This document shows, one piece after another, positions 7,603 to 17,467 of a DNA stretch of 30,389 nt. The stretch is from a virus (Duplodnaviria > Caudoviricetes), in the IMG/VR virus record IMGVR_UViG_3300021960_000334, positions 1 through 30,389 of that record; one strand, given 5' to 3'. How positions within the stretch are numbered: the stretch's first letter is position 1; each line of letters opens with the position of its first letter. Below the pieces are notes generated by a model. That model searched no databases, had not been told where the DNA came from, and was given only the letters and a program-made list of their open reading frames with translations. The position numbers and the translations under genes were made by a program.

Positions 7603-10029
7603 ATGGCTAGAACATATGGAGAAATAATTACTGATTATGGAAATAAAGCATTAGATGTTGCAGGTAATGTTACAGATTGGTTTAGTGATGTAGGTAGCAG
7701 AATAGAAACTCCAGAAGTAGGGATTTGGAATACAGAGCCCGGTAATTATTTTACAAAAGAAAACTGGGGATTGGGTGACAGTAGTCTTATGACAATGGCA
7801 CCAGCAGGTGTTTATGAGTCAGGTTATTTTGATAATCCCTACGATTCAGTATATGGAAGTGTCGGAGATGTTCAAGGTTTTGGCGATGAATTAGATGGTG
7901 TAAGTAGTTTGCCTGTTATAACTATTAAAAAAGGCCCAACACCTTCAGGAATTGATACAGCAGATGATAGATTTAGAAGATATGCAGCAGAAAACCTAAC
8001 AAGAAATACAGGAAACGCTTCTAACATTAATAGAAACCCAGCTACTACTATTAGCCCAAGTGGTAGAAGTGGTGGAGGTACTGCGGTAGCTAGTGCAGTT
8101 CCATCAGCACCTGTATTAAGAACTCGTACATTTCCGTTTACCTCTCGCACACCTTCAGGCAGTGTATATGCACCGGATTTGTCTGCATACAATGACTCGT
8201 CTTTATTTAACTACGCTGGCCCGGGTGGTTTAGCTGAGTATACTTATGGACAAGGATTACGCACAGATGGTGCAGACTACAGTATATTTGGTTCACCGGC
8301 TAACATAGCTAATCCATATTTTGCAGGACAATTTAAAGAGCCTCAAGGACCTGCGGATGCTGCAATAAATATGCCAGCAGTTGAATTACCTGAGGGTGTA
8401 CAGCCAGTAACTCCTACAGAAGTAAGTGCAGATGTTAGTATGCCTGCATTTAATGGTATTACACCTAGACCACCTAACTCTGCTGGAGATTTAACATATC
8501 AACAAACAATAGATGAAATGGGAATCTTTGGACCTAACAACCCACCTCCTAGCACACTATTTCCTAGTCCGGGACAAGCTACAGCTAATGAGCAAAATAC
8601 TGTAGCTGGTAATATTGCTGGTACTCCTGATAACAGCATGATGGCTAATCAAGCAGCAGCAGATGCAGCTATGGGTAATAGAATGGGATATCCAGATAAT
8701 CTTTTTGCCGGTGCTTCTGCTATGGATGATACTGCTGATATAGAAAGAGGTATACTTACTTCACAGCGTGGTACAACTATGGATGATACTGCTGATATAG
8801 AAGCAGGAATGTCTCGTGTGCCAACAGACATGCAAAGATATTTGGATGATTTTGAAGCTAGAGGTATAAGAGATAGAACAGCTGAGATAATGGACTATGC
8901 TGCAAACAATAACAGAACAGTTGGTGGTGTTACTATATTTGATGAAGGAGACCCAAGACAAATAATTCAAGATGCTATATTAAATCCTGAGACTAGGAGA
9001 GAATATAAACCTGTATATGGTGGCATAGATGGCATACCAGTAGAGCTTGGCCCAGAAAGAAGTTTTTTTAAGGCTGATGAAATAGACATACCAACTCCAC
9101 CATTTAGACCTGAGGGTGTAGAAGGTGAAGATTTTTATCAAGATGTAACAGGTAACTTTTTTAGCATGGAAGATGATTTAGGTACACAACCACTAGGCCC
9201 TAATACTAGAGGAAGTAAAGGTAGCATAGATATTCCTAGTGGTCCTAATGTTAGAGGAACTAGAGGTAACATAGATATTCCTAGTGGTCCTAATGTTAGA
9301 GGAACTAGAGGTGATACAATACCAGCTGACATACCAGCTTTTTTAGATTATGACATAACTAGAGATAATGCAAACTACGAAGCTGCTGTTAATGCAAGAG
9401 ATAATCAATTAAGAAATCAGCTAGATAGTAGACCTGCATATGAAAGAGATAGAATGGAATATTTAGATAACGCATATAGTGCTATTGATGTTAAATATGC
9501 AGGAAGTAAAACAAATGCTAGTCAGCAAGCTGAACTTGTTGAAGTGTTAAATGCTAATTTAGATTCATTTGGCAACGCTGCTGGCAGAGAGAATGCTGCT
9601 TTAGCAAGAGAACAACAAGATATGAGACAAGCTAACGCTACTCCTTTTGTACCTTCGTATGCTAGAGAAATAGAAGGCACTGATATGGGAGAAAGTTTAT
9701 TTCAAGGTGTAGATACATCTCCTACTAATACGGTTTATCCCGGAGAAAACAGTATACCTTTTAACCCTAGTAATCCAATAGACCAGCTTGTACTACAAAA
9801 AACAGCACAAGAAGCACAGATAGCAAGAGCTAAATATGATAATGTACCTGCTAGAGCAGAAACAGGTGGTACTCCAATATCTATATTTAATGTTCCTGCA
9901 AGAGAACCAGTTAGCATGAATCAAATTGTACCTATGGTAGCTAGAACACAAAATAACATGACTGTTCCAGTCATGAGAGACTCGGCATTAGATAGAAGAT
10001 ATGGTGGGCCAATGAGGTTTGGAAGATAA
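7603..10029 (+). CDS. Large low-complexity protein, probably internal virion/ejection protein
   Basis: 808 aa, P/G/D/N-rich with internal repeats; TAAGGAG RBS. Confidence 0.6.
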   Translation: MARTYGEIITDYGNKALDVAGNVTDWFSDVGSRIETPEVGIWNTEPGNYFTKENWGLGDSSLMTMAPAGVYESGYFDNPYDSVYGSVGDVQGFGDELDGVSSLPVITIKKGPTPSGIDTADDRFRRYAAENLTRNTGNASNINRNPATTISPSGRSGGGTAVASAVPSAPVLRTRTFPFTSRTPSGSVYAPDLSAYNDSSLFNYAGPGGLAEYTYGQGLRTDGADYSIFGSPANIANPYFAGQFKEPQGPADAAINMPAVELPEGVQPVTPTEVSADVSMPAFNGITPRPPNSAGDLTYQQTIDEMGIFGPNNPPPSTLFPSPGQATANEQNTVAGNIAGTPDNSMMANQAAADAAMGNRMGYPDNLFAGASAMDDTADIERGILTSQRGTTMDDTADIEAGMSRVPTDMQRYLDDFEARGIRDRTAEIMDYAANNNRTVGGVTIFDEGDPRQIIQDAILNPETRREYKPVYGGIDGIPVELGPERSFFKADEIDIPTPPFRPEGVEGEDFYQDVTGNFFSMEDDLGTQPLGPNTRGSKGSIDIPSGPNVRGTRGNIDIPSGPNVRGTRGDTIPADIPAFLDYDITRDNANYEAAVNARDNQLRNQLDSRPAYERDRMEYLDNAYSAIDVKYAGSKTNASQQAELVEVLNANLDSFGNAAGRENAALAREQQDMRQANATPFVPSYAREIEGTDMGESLFQGVDTSPTNTVYPGENSIPFNPSNPIDQLVLQKTAQEAQIARAKYDNVPARAETGGTPISIFNVPAREPVSMNQIVPMVARTQNNMTVPVMRDSALDRRYGGPMRFGR
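8720..8802 (+). repeat. 26-bp direct repeat, 57-bp period (MDDTADIE x2)
   Basis: ctatggatgatactgctgatatagaa at 8720-8745 and 8777-8802. Confidence 0.9.
9196..9312 (+). repeat. 45-bp in-frame tandem repeat (IDIPSGPNVRGTRG), about 2.6 copies
   Basis: Identical 43-mers at 9225-9267 and 9270-9312; degenerate copy from 9196. Confidence 0.92.
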
Positions 10030-10048
10030 TGAATAAAGGAGAAAGATA

Positions 10049-11251
10049 ATGGGTTATTGTACATACAACGGACAAAAAATACCCGGTACTAAAGAGTTTT
10101 GTAATCCTAGTGTAAAAGCTGGAGTTAAATGGGTAGAAGAAGATACAGAGGTTGAAACAACTGGAGGATTTTTAGACGCAGTCTCTAGTTTATGGGATGA
10201 AGACAAACCTGAAAAGTTTACAGAATATGTAGAAAGAAGGTTTGAAGAAGACCCTTATAAACTAGCTTTTGATGCAGCTATGTTAGCAGTGCCCGGTGGT
10301 CTTGCTCTTAAAGGAATAACTGGTGCAGGTAAAATGGCAAACATATTTAAAAAGACTTTTAGAAAACCTACTGATGCTGTTCCGGGAACACCAGCCTCTT
10401 CTACTTTTTCAGGTACAGGTACTTTTACTAAACCTACAGGTGTGCCTATAAATCCTAAAACTGGTCTTCCTATGCCTGCTCAAACTAAAGTACCATCTTA
10501 TCCTATTAATGCACCAAATGCAGGAAAAGTTATTACTACTCCAAGACAAGGAACTTTTGCTAGACCTCTTGCAAATCCTATAAATAGAACAGCAGCTGTA
10601 CCGGGTATACCAGCAGGCACAGCATTTTCTCCGGGTAGACTAGCTCTTACAGGAACTGCTCTTGGAGCTGGTGCTTATGGTGTAGATAGGAATTTATATC
10701 CTATGACTGAACAAGCAAAAGCTATAGCTCAAGAAAATGCTAATGCTTCTATGATGCCTGCAATAGAACAGCTTGATGCAATAAAAGCACAAGACGATGC
10801 AATAAAAGCAGCTGAAGAATTAAAAATTAAGAAACAAAATGAAATAGACAATATGAGTTTCTTTGATAAATTTAAATTAGGAATGAAAGACCCTACTACT
10901 GCTGCTTTGTTTGGTGCTGGATTAAGAGACATAGGTGGCAATAAACCGGGAGGAAATCAATTAGGCACAATGCAAATGGGATTAGCTAAAGCAGCAGCTT
11001 CTGCTAGTGGTCCAAGTGCATCATTGTTTAATGCAACTAAACTATCAGAATCTGCTTTAATGGATAGGTTTACTGATAGCAAGTCGTTTATAAGTTTCTT
11101 TGGAGATAGCGAAGAAAAAAGAAAAAAGAAAGCAACTTACATGGTTGGAGTGTATAGAAGTTTACAAGCACAATTACTTGCTGCTGGTTTGCCGGCAGAT
11201 GATAAAACAGTAATGGCAATGCTTGAAGAAGAATACGGTAAAAAAGCATAG
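10049..11251 (+). CDS. Probable internal virion protein
   Basis: 400 aa, P/T/A/G-rich middle and helical C-terminus; AAGGAG RBS. Confidence 0.55.
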   Translation: MGYCTYNGQKIPGTKEFCNPSVKAGVKWVEEDTEVETTGGFLDAVSSLWDEDKPEKFTEYVERRFEEDPYKLAFDAAMLAVPGGLALKGITGAGKMANIFKKTFRKPTDAVPGTPASSTFSGTGTFTKPTGVPINPKTGLPMPAQTKVPSYPINAPNAGKVITTPRQGTFARPLANPINRTAAVPGIPAGTAFSPGRLALTGTALGAGAYGVDRNLYPMTEQAKAIAQENANASMMPAIEQLDAIKAQDDAIKAAEELKIKKQNEIDNMSFFDKFKLGMKDPTTAALFGAGLRDIGGNKPGGNQLGTMQMGLAKAAASASGPSASLFNATKLSESALMDRFTDSKSFISFFGDSEEKRKKKATYMVGVYRSLQAQLLAAGLPADDKTVMAMLEEEYGKKA

Positions 11252-11260
11252 AGGTAAGCA

Positions 11261-14200
11261 ATGGCTGTTAATCCATTTGTAAAAGAAGAGGAAGAAGAAA
11301 ATCCTTTTGCTAATTTTGATTTTGGTGGTGTAAGTTATGAAGAAGTAGGAAATCCTTTTGAGGATTTTAATTTCGCATCTGTAGATTTTTCTGGCAAAGA
11401 TTCTGATTCATTAGGATATTCTTTTGATAGAGCAATGAAAGCTGGTGGTCGTGGACTATCGGAGCTATTGCCACGCATGGGTTTAAATGTTCCTCAAGGC
11501 ATACAAGACTACTCTGCTAAATTACAAGAAGCTGGTGAAACTGGAATGCAAGACTACGCTCCAGAATACCAAGGTGAAATTACACAACAAAGTTTAAAAG
11601 ATGTTCCCGGATTCTTAGGAGAAAAACTAGCAGAGAATGCTACTGCTATGGGTATTACTATGTTTGGTTTAACATTGGGCCAATCGTTAATGAAAGGCCC
11701 GGGTGTTTCTAAGTTAATAGGTGCTGGTATTACAGGTGCTACTGCTGGATTTAACTACTTAATGTTATTAGACGAAGCAGTAGAAACTCATGCAGCAGCA
11801 GCCGGTAAGACTGTAGACGATTTAACCGAAAGTGAAATTGGTAATGCTAGTTTTACAGCTATACAAAACGCAGGTCTTGATTTTATTCTTCCGGGTATAT
11901 GGGCAAGGTCTATGAAAAAAGCAGGATTGCCTGCTAAGAAATCATTAAAAGAATTAGCTGATAATTTAAAAACAACTGATAAAGAAAAGATTGGTTCTAT
12001 GCTCTATAAAGGAGCAAGACAAACATTAAACTCTGCATTAATAGAAGGTAGTATAGAGTCTGCACAACAAGCCAACATGATGCGTACATCAGTGTTAGGA
12101 GTTGAAGGTATAAATCCTGAGTCTATGTTGACAGATTTTGCTGTAGGTGCAGCAGGTGGTGGTCTGTATGGTACTCCTGCATCTATAAGTGCAGCTACTG
12201 ATGTTAATAGAAGTCGTGCAGCAGATAAAAAATTATTAGATTTTGCTGATGTACAAGCTAAAGTAAAAGCAGGCGAGCGTTATAAAGCAGATGTAAAAAC
12301 ATATACTAAAGATTTTGATAAGCTAGTAAAAGAATATGACAGTATTGTTAAAGATGTAAATCTTGGTAAAAAACCAAATGCAGATTTAATTAAAAAGTTT
12401 GAAGCATTACCGGGTACTAAAAAACCATTTGATGTTGAAACTGGAATGGGTAGAATTCGCCCACCTAAATTTGATGTAGAAAGAAATGTTGCAGACATCA
12501 TACCTAATTTATACAATGCTCCTGAAGAAACTAAAGGGTTGCTTTCTAATATATTAAGTGGATTGTCAGAGTTAGCATTAAAGCGTTCTACTGATGAATT
12601 AACTGACATTAGAAAAGATGTAAAGACAGGTAAAGACATGGCTGCTTACATGGATATAGCAGGTGCTCTTGCTGATGTTCAAACAGGTAGTGGTGAAAAA
12701 CAAGGCATAACTAAATCTTATGACACTCGTAGGCATCTTTTAATTGGTAAGTATGTTAATAGGTTTGAGCGTATAAGAGATACATGGGTTAGGAAAATAC
12801 CATTTATGGGAGAAATGGGTGGTAGTGTTAGGCCTGCGGTTAATAGATATATAGCTGCTAAGTTAGAAGAAAAGAATAAAAGACCTTTGTACAATCTAGC
12901 ACAAGCTGAAGCTGAAGTATTGTCTTTGATTGGTGCTAACAAAAAAGCATTGCTAGATGAAAGCATTGTAGAAATTGCACAGATACAAGAAGAGATTTGG
13001 GCAGAGTTGTATAGAGTGTTAGGAAAAGATGGCTTAACTATTGGACATCAAAAAGGATATTTAACTCGTAGCATTGATACTAATTTTATTAAAGCAAATG
13101 AAAAGAATCAGCAAGAGTTTTTAAATAGTTTAATTAACGATGTTGGTTTACCTAGAGAAGAAGCTAACCAAGTATTAGAAAACATATTAAATGATGTAGA
13201 CGCTAATGTATTTACTTCTGAACAAATTAGAGCAGGCATTGACCAACAACAAGGACTAGGGCCATCTTCTTTTGAAATAATTAGAGATGGTAGATGGGAC
13301 AATTTAGATACTAAGTTTAGAAACAAAGACACATTACAGTCAATAGAAAATTATTTACTTAGTGCTGTATCAAGAATAGCATCTGCTGAAGCATTTGGTG
13401 CTAATGGTGCTAATAAATATAATGATGCAATAAAAAGATTAAAAAGTACAGGTGCTCTTAATGATGCACAGACTGAAAAGTTGTGGGGTATGTATGATGC
13501 TTATCACAATGTTTACAAAAAACCTAGAACAACTGAGCAAAGAGCATTAGTAAAAGGTATGAAAGGATTAACTACAGTAACTGCTGTTAGTTATCTAGGA
13601 TTGGCTACAATAAGTTCTTGGACTGAACCACTGTGGATACCTCAAAGAAATGGCTGGTATAATATGTTAAAAGCTGCACCATTGGCTGCTGGTTATATGT
13701 TAAAAGGTTTAATGCGTAGTGCTTATGCAGGTGGCGAAGGACAAAAAGCTATGTCATCATTTGGTAGAGATTTATTAAGAGTTATGGGTATGGCTACTAA
13801 TCCCGCTATGGCTGAAAGAATAGACAAACTTATGGCAGGTGACAGAAACATTATATTAAATTATTTCTTCCGTACACCGGCTGCTATGTGGCTAACACAG
13901 TACACTAATTTTGTCAGGGTGTGGACTTCTGTGGCTGGACTTAAAATGATACAAGAGCAACACAACAAAATAGACACTATGAGTGCTAATAACAAGAAAT
14001 TGTTAGAGCAGGAGTTGTTAGAAAATGGTTTAACTTTAGAAGATTTTAGAAAGTTAGGTGCTCTTGCTAATGGTAATATAGAGTCAGCTATTTTAGATGA
14101 TAATTATTTAGAAAGCACATTTACTAACTCAGAAGGAGAAACTGTAACTGTAAGAGATGTGCTAATTCCGTGGATGCGTAAAATAACTACGGATGTGGCA

Positions 14201-14683
14201 CTTGAGCCTACTGCTGGTAATAGACCATTATGGATGTCTAATCCTAATCTTATGTTATTAGCACAGCTTAAATCTTTTCCTATACTATTTGGTAATACTA
14301 TCGCTAGAAGGTTAAATGCTAAAATGAATCCTCAGTTTTGTTCGGCTGATTTCGTTGGTAAGTTAGGAACAATATCTGCTATTAGTGCTGCTATAGGAAT
14401 GGCTGCATTAGCTATGGCAGTTAAAGATGCTATTAAAGGAGTGGAAGAAGATAGAGGAGTAATAGAAACTGTTAGTGCGGTAGGTGTTCCGTTGATTGGA
14501 GAAATATCTGATTCACAAATAGGTGGCTATGTAGTAGGCCCGGGCCCTGCATTGGTAGATAACTTTATGAAAAGTTTGTTGGGAGATAATTTCTTAGGTG
14601 ACACAACAGAAGAAATATTTAAGGTAATGTTAAATGCTACGACAGGAAGGATTGGTTCAGAAGCATTTTTAGGAGACAGGTAA
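11261..14683 (+). CDS. Large DNA ejection/internal virion protein
   Basis: 1140 aa, helical; N-terminal NPF repeats, G/A-rich hydrophobic segments; C-terminal RPLWM...QLKSFP motif typical of podovirus large ejection proteins. Confidence 0.7.
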   Translation: MAVNPFVKEEEEENPFANFDFGGVSYEEVGNPFEDFNFASVDFSGKDSDSLGYSFDRAMKAGGRGLSELLPRMGLNVPQGIQDYSAKLQEAGETGMQDYAPEYQGEITQQSLKDVPGFLGEKLAENATAMGITMFGLTLGQSLMKGPGVSKLIGAGITGATAGFNYLMLLDEAVETHAAAAGKTVDDLTESEIGNASFTAIQNAGLDFILPGIWARSMKKAGLPAKKSLKELADNLKTTDKEKIGSMLYKGARQTLNSALIEGSIESAQQANMMRTSVLGVEGINPESMLTDFAVGAAGGGLYGTPASISAATDVNRSRAADKKLLDFADVQAKVKAGERYKADVKTYTKDFDKLVKEYDSIVKDVNLGKKPNADLIKKFEALPGTKKPFDVETGMGRIRPPKFDVERNVADIIPNLYNAPEETKGLLSNILSGLSELALKRSTDELTDIRKDVKTGKDMAAYMDIAGALADVQTGSGEKQGITKSYDTRRHLLIGKYVNRFERIRDTWVRKIPFMGEMGGSVRPAVNRYIAAKLEEKNKRPLYNLAQAEAEVLSLIGANKKALLDESIVEIAQIQEEIWAELYRVLGKDGLTIGHQKGYLTRSIDTNFIKANEKNQQEFLNSLINDVGLPREEANQVLENILNDVDANVFTSEQIRAGIDQQQGLGPSSFEIIRDGRWDNLDTKFRNKDTLQSIENYLLSAVSRIASAEAFGANGANKYNDAIKRLKSTGALNDAQTEKLWGMYDAYHNVYKKPRTTEQRALVKGMKGLTTVTAVSYLGLATISSWTEPLWIPQRNGWYNMLKAAPLAAGYMLKGLMRSAYAGGEGQKAMSSFGRDLLRVMGMATNPAMAERIDKLMAGDRNIILNYFFRTPAAMWLTQYTNFVRVWTSVAGLKMIQEQHNKIDTMSANNKKLLEQELLENGLTLEDFRKLGALANGNIESAILDDNYLESTFTNSEGETVTVRDVLIPWMRKITTDVALEPTAGNRPLWMSNPNLMLLAQLKSFPILFGNTIARRLNAKMNPQFCSADFVGKLGTISAISAAIGMAALAMAVKDAIKGVEEDRGVIETVSAVGVPLIGEISDSQIGGYVVGPGPALVDNFMKSLLGDNFLGDTTEEIFKVMLNATTGRIGSEAFLGDR

Positions 14684-16008
14684 TGAGAAAGTGTATTGAC
14701 TTAGAAAGCCAACCGGGATTTCAAAATATCTATGCACCACAAATGCAACAAGCTATTGATAGAGGACTAGCAGGACACAGTGGAGACCCTAAGAATATTG
14801 ACTGGGGTTATGATTTGCCTAAACCACAGACAGAGCCTATAATTAGACCGGGTGACATACCTAGAGTTGAGCCTAAACCACCAAAGCCTCTTGACCCTAA
14901 CATGCCAGACCCTGTAAATACAACAGGTTCTTACTGGGATACTTTGTTTAATAGGTATGCTATACAGCCAGTAAGAAAATTAATAAATTTATTTCCTAGT
15001 CCTACAATACAAGGCGGTAGTAAAGACTTAGGTAGCTTTAATGGTTTTGCTGGCAAAGGTAATTGGGGTCGTATTAAAACACCAAAAGGATATGGTGGCT
15101 ATGACATTCATGTATTATATCATGAGTATGGTCATGCTATAGACCACATAGGTGGTATGTTAGAGAATGATTCTAAGAATCCATTAAAAGAAACTTCAAT
15201 GGAATTGTTAGATGGTATGCAAAAAGATGGTGTAAAGCTAGGGTGGATAATTAATGATTCTGCTATGTATGATTACATAGAAAAAAATGGATTGCATTTT
15301 GTTATTAAGGGCAGTAGAAAAATGAATATTGCTAAAGGAAGTAACAAGGCCGAAGCTGAAAGTAAAATGAAACCGGGAGATAGGTTTAGAATTATAGAAT
15401 ACTTAGTTACCCAAGTTAAAAAAGATTTAAACAAAGCTAATTTATCAAAAGACCCTGTTAAAATTAGAAGAGCAAAAGATGAAGTTAAAAAAATTAACGC
15501 AGTATTTGATGCAGATACCAAGAGACAAAAAGATGCTCAAGATTTTGTAAAAGAGTTGGTAGCAATAAGCAAACAGATGAAAAAATCTATGCCTGATTAT
15601 AATGAGACTGGAATGAATGAACACATTGGTGCTTTTACAGACATTATAGATGCTATAAGTGGTGGTGAAATATATGATAGGGAGTTAGCAGAAAAAACTC
15701 CAAACATATATAACTTAGGTAGTCATGGTACTCATCCTTCAGGTTATTATAGCGGTAGACAGACATATGCTGGTTCTGTAAGAAACCATAACATGGACAC
15801 AATCATGGAGTTCAGAAGAGCAGAGGTATGGGCACAACTTTTTTTATTTTATGCACACGATGGTGGTAAAAGCAAGAACACTCAATTCTTAGAACATGCT
15901 AAAAAAACAATGCCTGAAACTTATAAAGCATTTGAAACAGCATTGCAAAGATTAATGACTATACCTCAAAGTGTTGTAGATGATAGTAAGTTCCACAGAC
16001 ATACATAA
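14683..16008 (+). CDS. Zincin-like metallopeptidase domain protein
   Basis: HVLYHEYGHAIDH (HExxH) plus a distal E in RAEVWAQLF; Pro-rich N-terminal region; TAATG-coupled to the ejection gene. Confidence 0.65.
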   Translation: MRKCIDLESQPGFQNIYAPQMQQAIDRGLAGHSGDPKNIDWGYDLPKPQTEPIIRPGDIPRVEPKPPKPLDPNMPDPVNTTGSYWDTLFNRYAIQPVRKLINLFPSPTIQGGSKDLGSFNGFAGKGNWGRIKTPKGYGGYDIHVLYHEYGHAIDHIGGMLENDSKNPLKETSMELLDGMQKDGVKLGWIINDSAMYDYIEKNGLHFVIKGSRKMNIAKGSNKAEAESKMKPGDRFRIIEYLVTQVKKDLNKANLSKDPVKIRRAKDEVKKINAVFDADTKRQKDAQDFVKELVAISKQMKKSMPDYNETGMNEHIGAFTDIIDAISGGEIYDRELAEKTPNIYNLGSHGTHPSGYYSGRQTYAGSVRNHNMDTIMEFRRAEVWAQLFLFYAHDGGKSKNTQFLEHAKKTMPETYKAFETALQRLMTIPQSVVDDSKFHRHT

Positions 16009-16011
16009 TGT

Positions 16012-16020
16012 GGTATAATG
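16012..16020 (+). promoter_or_regulatory. Extended -10 sigma70 promoter (TGGTATAAT) upstream of the 68-aa gene
   Basis: tgtggtataatg lies right after the peptidase stop and is followed by GGAG and ATG 16042. Coordinates approximate. Confidence 0.6.
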
Positions 16021-16041
16021 TAGATTTTACTTGGAGATTTT

Positions 16042-16248
16042 ATGGATATAGAAGATGAACAAAGAGCGTTGCTATCAAAGGCAATGACAATGTATGCAGA
16101 AAAGTTTGATGATTACCCTGAATTTGGTCACAAGTTTCCAAAACTACATCTAGTTCCTTTTTATGTGTCTGAGATTAATAAGGCTATAAAAACTAACAAG
16201 CCTATTATAGTAGACTGGGCAAAAACTAGCGAAAGATTTATTGACTAA
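16042..16248 (+). CDS. 68-aa hypothetical protein
   Basis: GGAG RBS; last gene of the + arm, overlapping the convergent gene by 11 nt. Confidence 0.7.
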   Translation: MDIEDEQRALLSKAMTMYAEKFDDYPEFGHKFPKLHLVPFYVSEINKAIKTNKPIIVDWAKTSERFID

Positions 16249-16636
16249 CTGCGTTAAGTAACTTAGCTATGTTAACTAAGTACATCTTAGATGCTTTGTT
16301 ATCCCCACCCATGACAGTGTAAGGTTTCATATCTTCCATTGTCTTTCGTAGTTTGTCAGTGTTAAACACTAGGCTACAACACAACTCTCCATCCTTAACT
16401 AAATTATGTACCCACAACTCAGCCTCTGTGCTAGTTAATCCTGAGGGTTTACCATAGCTCTCTGTCTCAATACAGATGTTACCTGTCGTTGCCCACTTAT
16501 CCCTCTCTGTTTTAACTTCACACTTCTTAGCACCTGAGAACATCTCATCTATGTGCTTCTCCCATTGCTGACCAAACTCTAGGTCTACATCAAACTTCTT
16601 TAATTCTTTTATGTCCTTGCTCTTGTTCAGTGCCAA
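16238..16636 (-). CDS. PD-(D/E)xK-like nuclease
   Basis: FD.DL.FGQ..E...CEVKTERD...TGNICIE...GKPSGL pattern. Confidence 0.6.
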   Translation of the reverse strand: MALNKSKDIKELKKFDVDLEFGQQWEKHIDEMFSGAKKCEVKTERDKWATTGNICIETESYGKPSGLTSTEAELWVHNLVKDGELCCSLVFNTDKLRKTMEDMKPYTVMGGDNKASKMYLVNIAKLLNAVSQ

Positions 16637-17030
16637 GTTCCTCTCCTTTTATTTCGACAACAACATAGTTGTCTGTATCTAATCCACCAATCTCTGTAGT
16701 AACCTTAGTTACAATCTCATAGTGGTCATCCTCAATAACCTCACCCTCTACTAATGCATCCATAAGAAACTTATGCATAGTAAATGTGTAGTTATCTAAA
16801 TCCCTTTTGTGTTTTGTATTAAAGTATAGCTTGTAGTGTGGCTGTATGGTCTTATACTTAGGCAGTGTTAGTACCCAGTCCATAACAGTATCATGATAGG
16901 CTCGTTTAACATTGTTCTTTTGTATGTAGTGCATAGGAAAGAAGTTGTTTAAACTAACTAAGTGTTCCCTTTTCTTTTCACCTCTGCCTCTTGTAAATAC
17001 AGGCAAGGGTAGAATCCCTTTGTGCTTCAT
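16590..17030 (-). CDS. rusA: RusA-like Holliday junction resolvase
   Basis: KRDLDNY...KFLMDAL...VIEDD catalytic motif. Start set at ATG 17030 (GGAG upstream). Confidence 0.7.
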   Translation of the reverse strand: MKHKGILPLPVFTRGRGEKKREHLVSLNNFFPMHYIQKNNVKRAYHDTVMDWVLTLPKYKTIQPHYKLYFNTKHKRDLDNYTFTMHKFLMDALVEGEVIEDDHYEIVTKVTTEIGGLDTDNYVVVEIKGEELGTEQEQGHKRIKEV

Positions 17031-17101
17031 TACTTTCTCCAGTCTGTTCGCCAAAGTCTTGGGTTTGTTTTTTTCTTTTGTTGTTTTAGTGTTAGGTATA
17101 A

Positions 17102-17136
17102 CTTGGAAGTCTCATCCATACGGACAAGACCCCAAG
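17102..17136 (-). other. Intergenic RNA hairpin
   Basis: Minus strand cttggggtcttgtcc-gtat-ggatgagacttccaag, about 15 bp with three G-U pairs and one bulge; no U-tract. Confidence 0.65.
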
Positions 17137-17147
17137 AGTTTTTAGAC

Positions 17148-17390
17148 TTAGTCTTTGAGTTCATCGACTATATCTTTGTCGAGTAATCTCCAAATGATGA
17201 CAGCTGCAATAATGCCAGCCAGTCCACCGTTTCCTAAAGTCCAAACTATGCCTAGTATAGAGCCAATTACATCTCCTGTAAGGAAGGCTACCTTTGGTCC
17301 AAAGATAATCTGTAATATAATTGAAAGGCTTATCAGTTTGATGCCAACATCTATCGCTCCATCAGCACCATTCTTTATCTTATCTAACAT
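17148..17390 (-). CDS. Small multi-TM membrane protein, probably host-derived
   Basis: LQIIFG..V.FL.GDVIG.I...LG..GL.GIIA pattern; AGGAG RBS. Confidence 0.75.
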   Translation of the reverse strand: MLDKIKNGADGAIDVGIKLISLSIILQIIFGPKVAFLTGDVIGSILGIVWTLGNGGLAGIIAAVIIWRLLDKDIVDELKD

Positions 17391-17404
17391 ATTTTACTCC
17401 TATA

Positions 17405-17467
17405 TTAGTCTAACATTTTTATAACAATTAGTTGAAGAGCAATGATAAGTACAATAGTTCCTATCAC
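17405..17467 (-). CDS. Possible 20-aa single-TM peptide
   Basis: GTGA overlap with the nrdJ stop; MIGTIVLIIALQLIVIKMLD fills the gap up to the next RBS. Confidence 0.5.
   Translation of the reverse strand: MIGTIVLIIALQLIVIKMLD

Noticed and set aside
8720-9312. Diversity-generating retroelement TR/VR
   Set aside because: Repeats are short, adjacent and identical; no reverse transcriptase seen.
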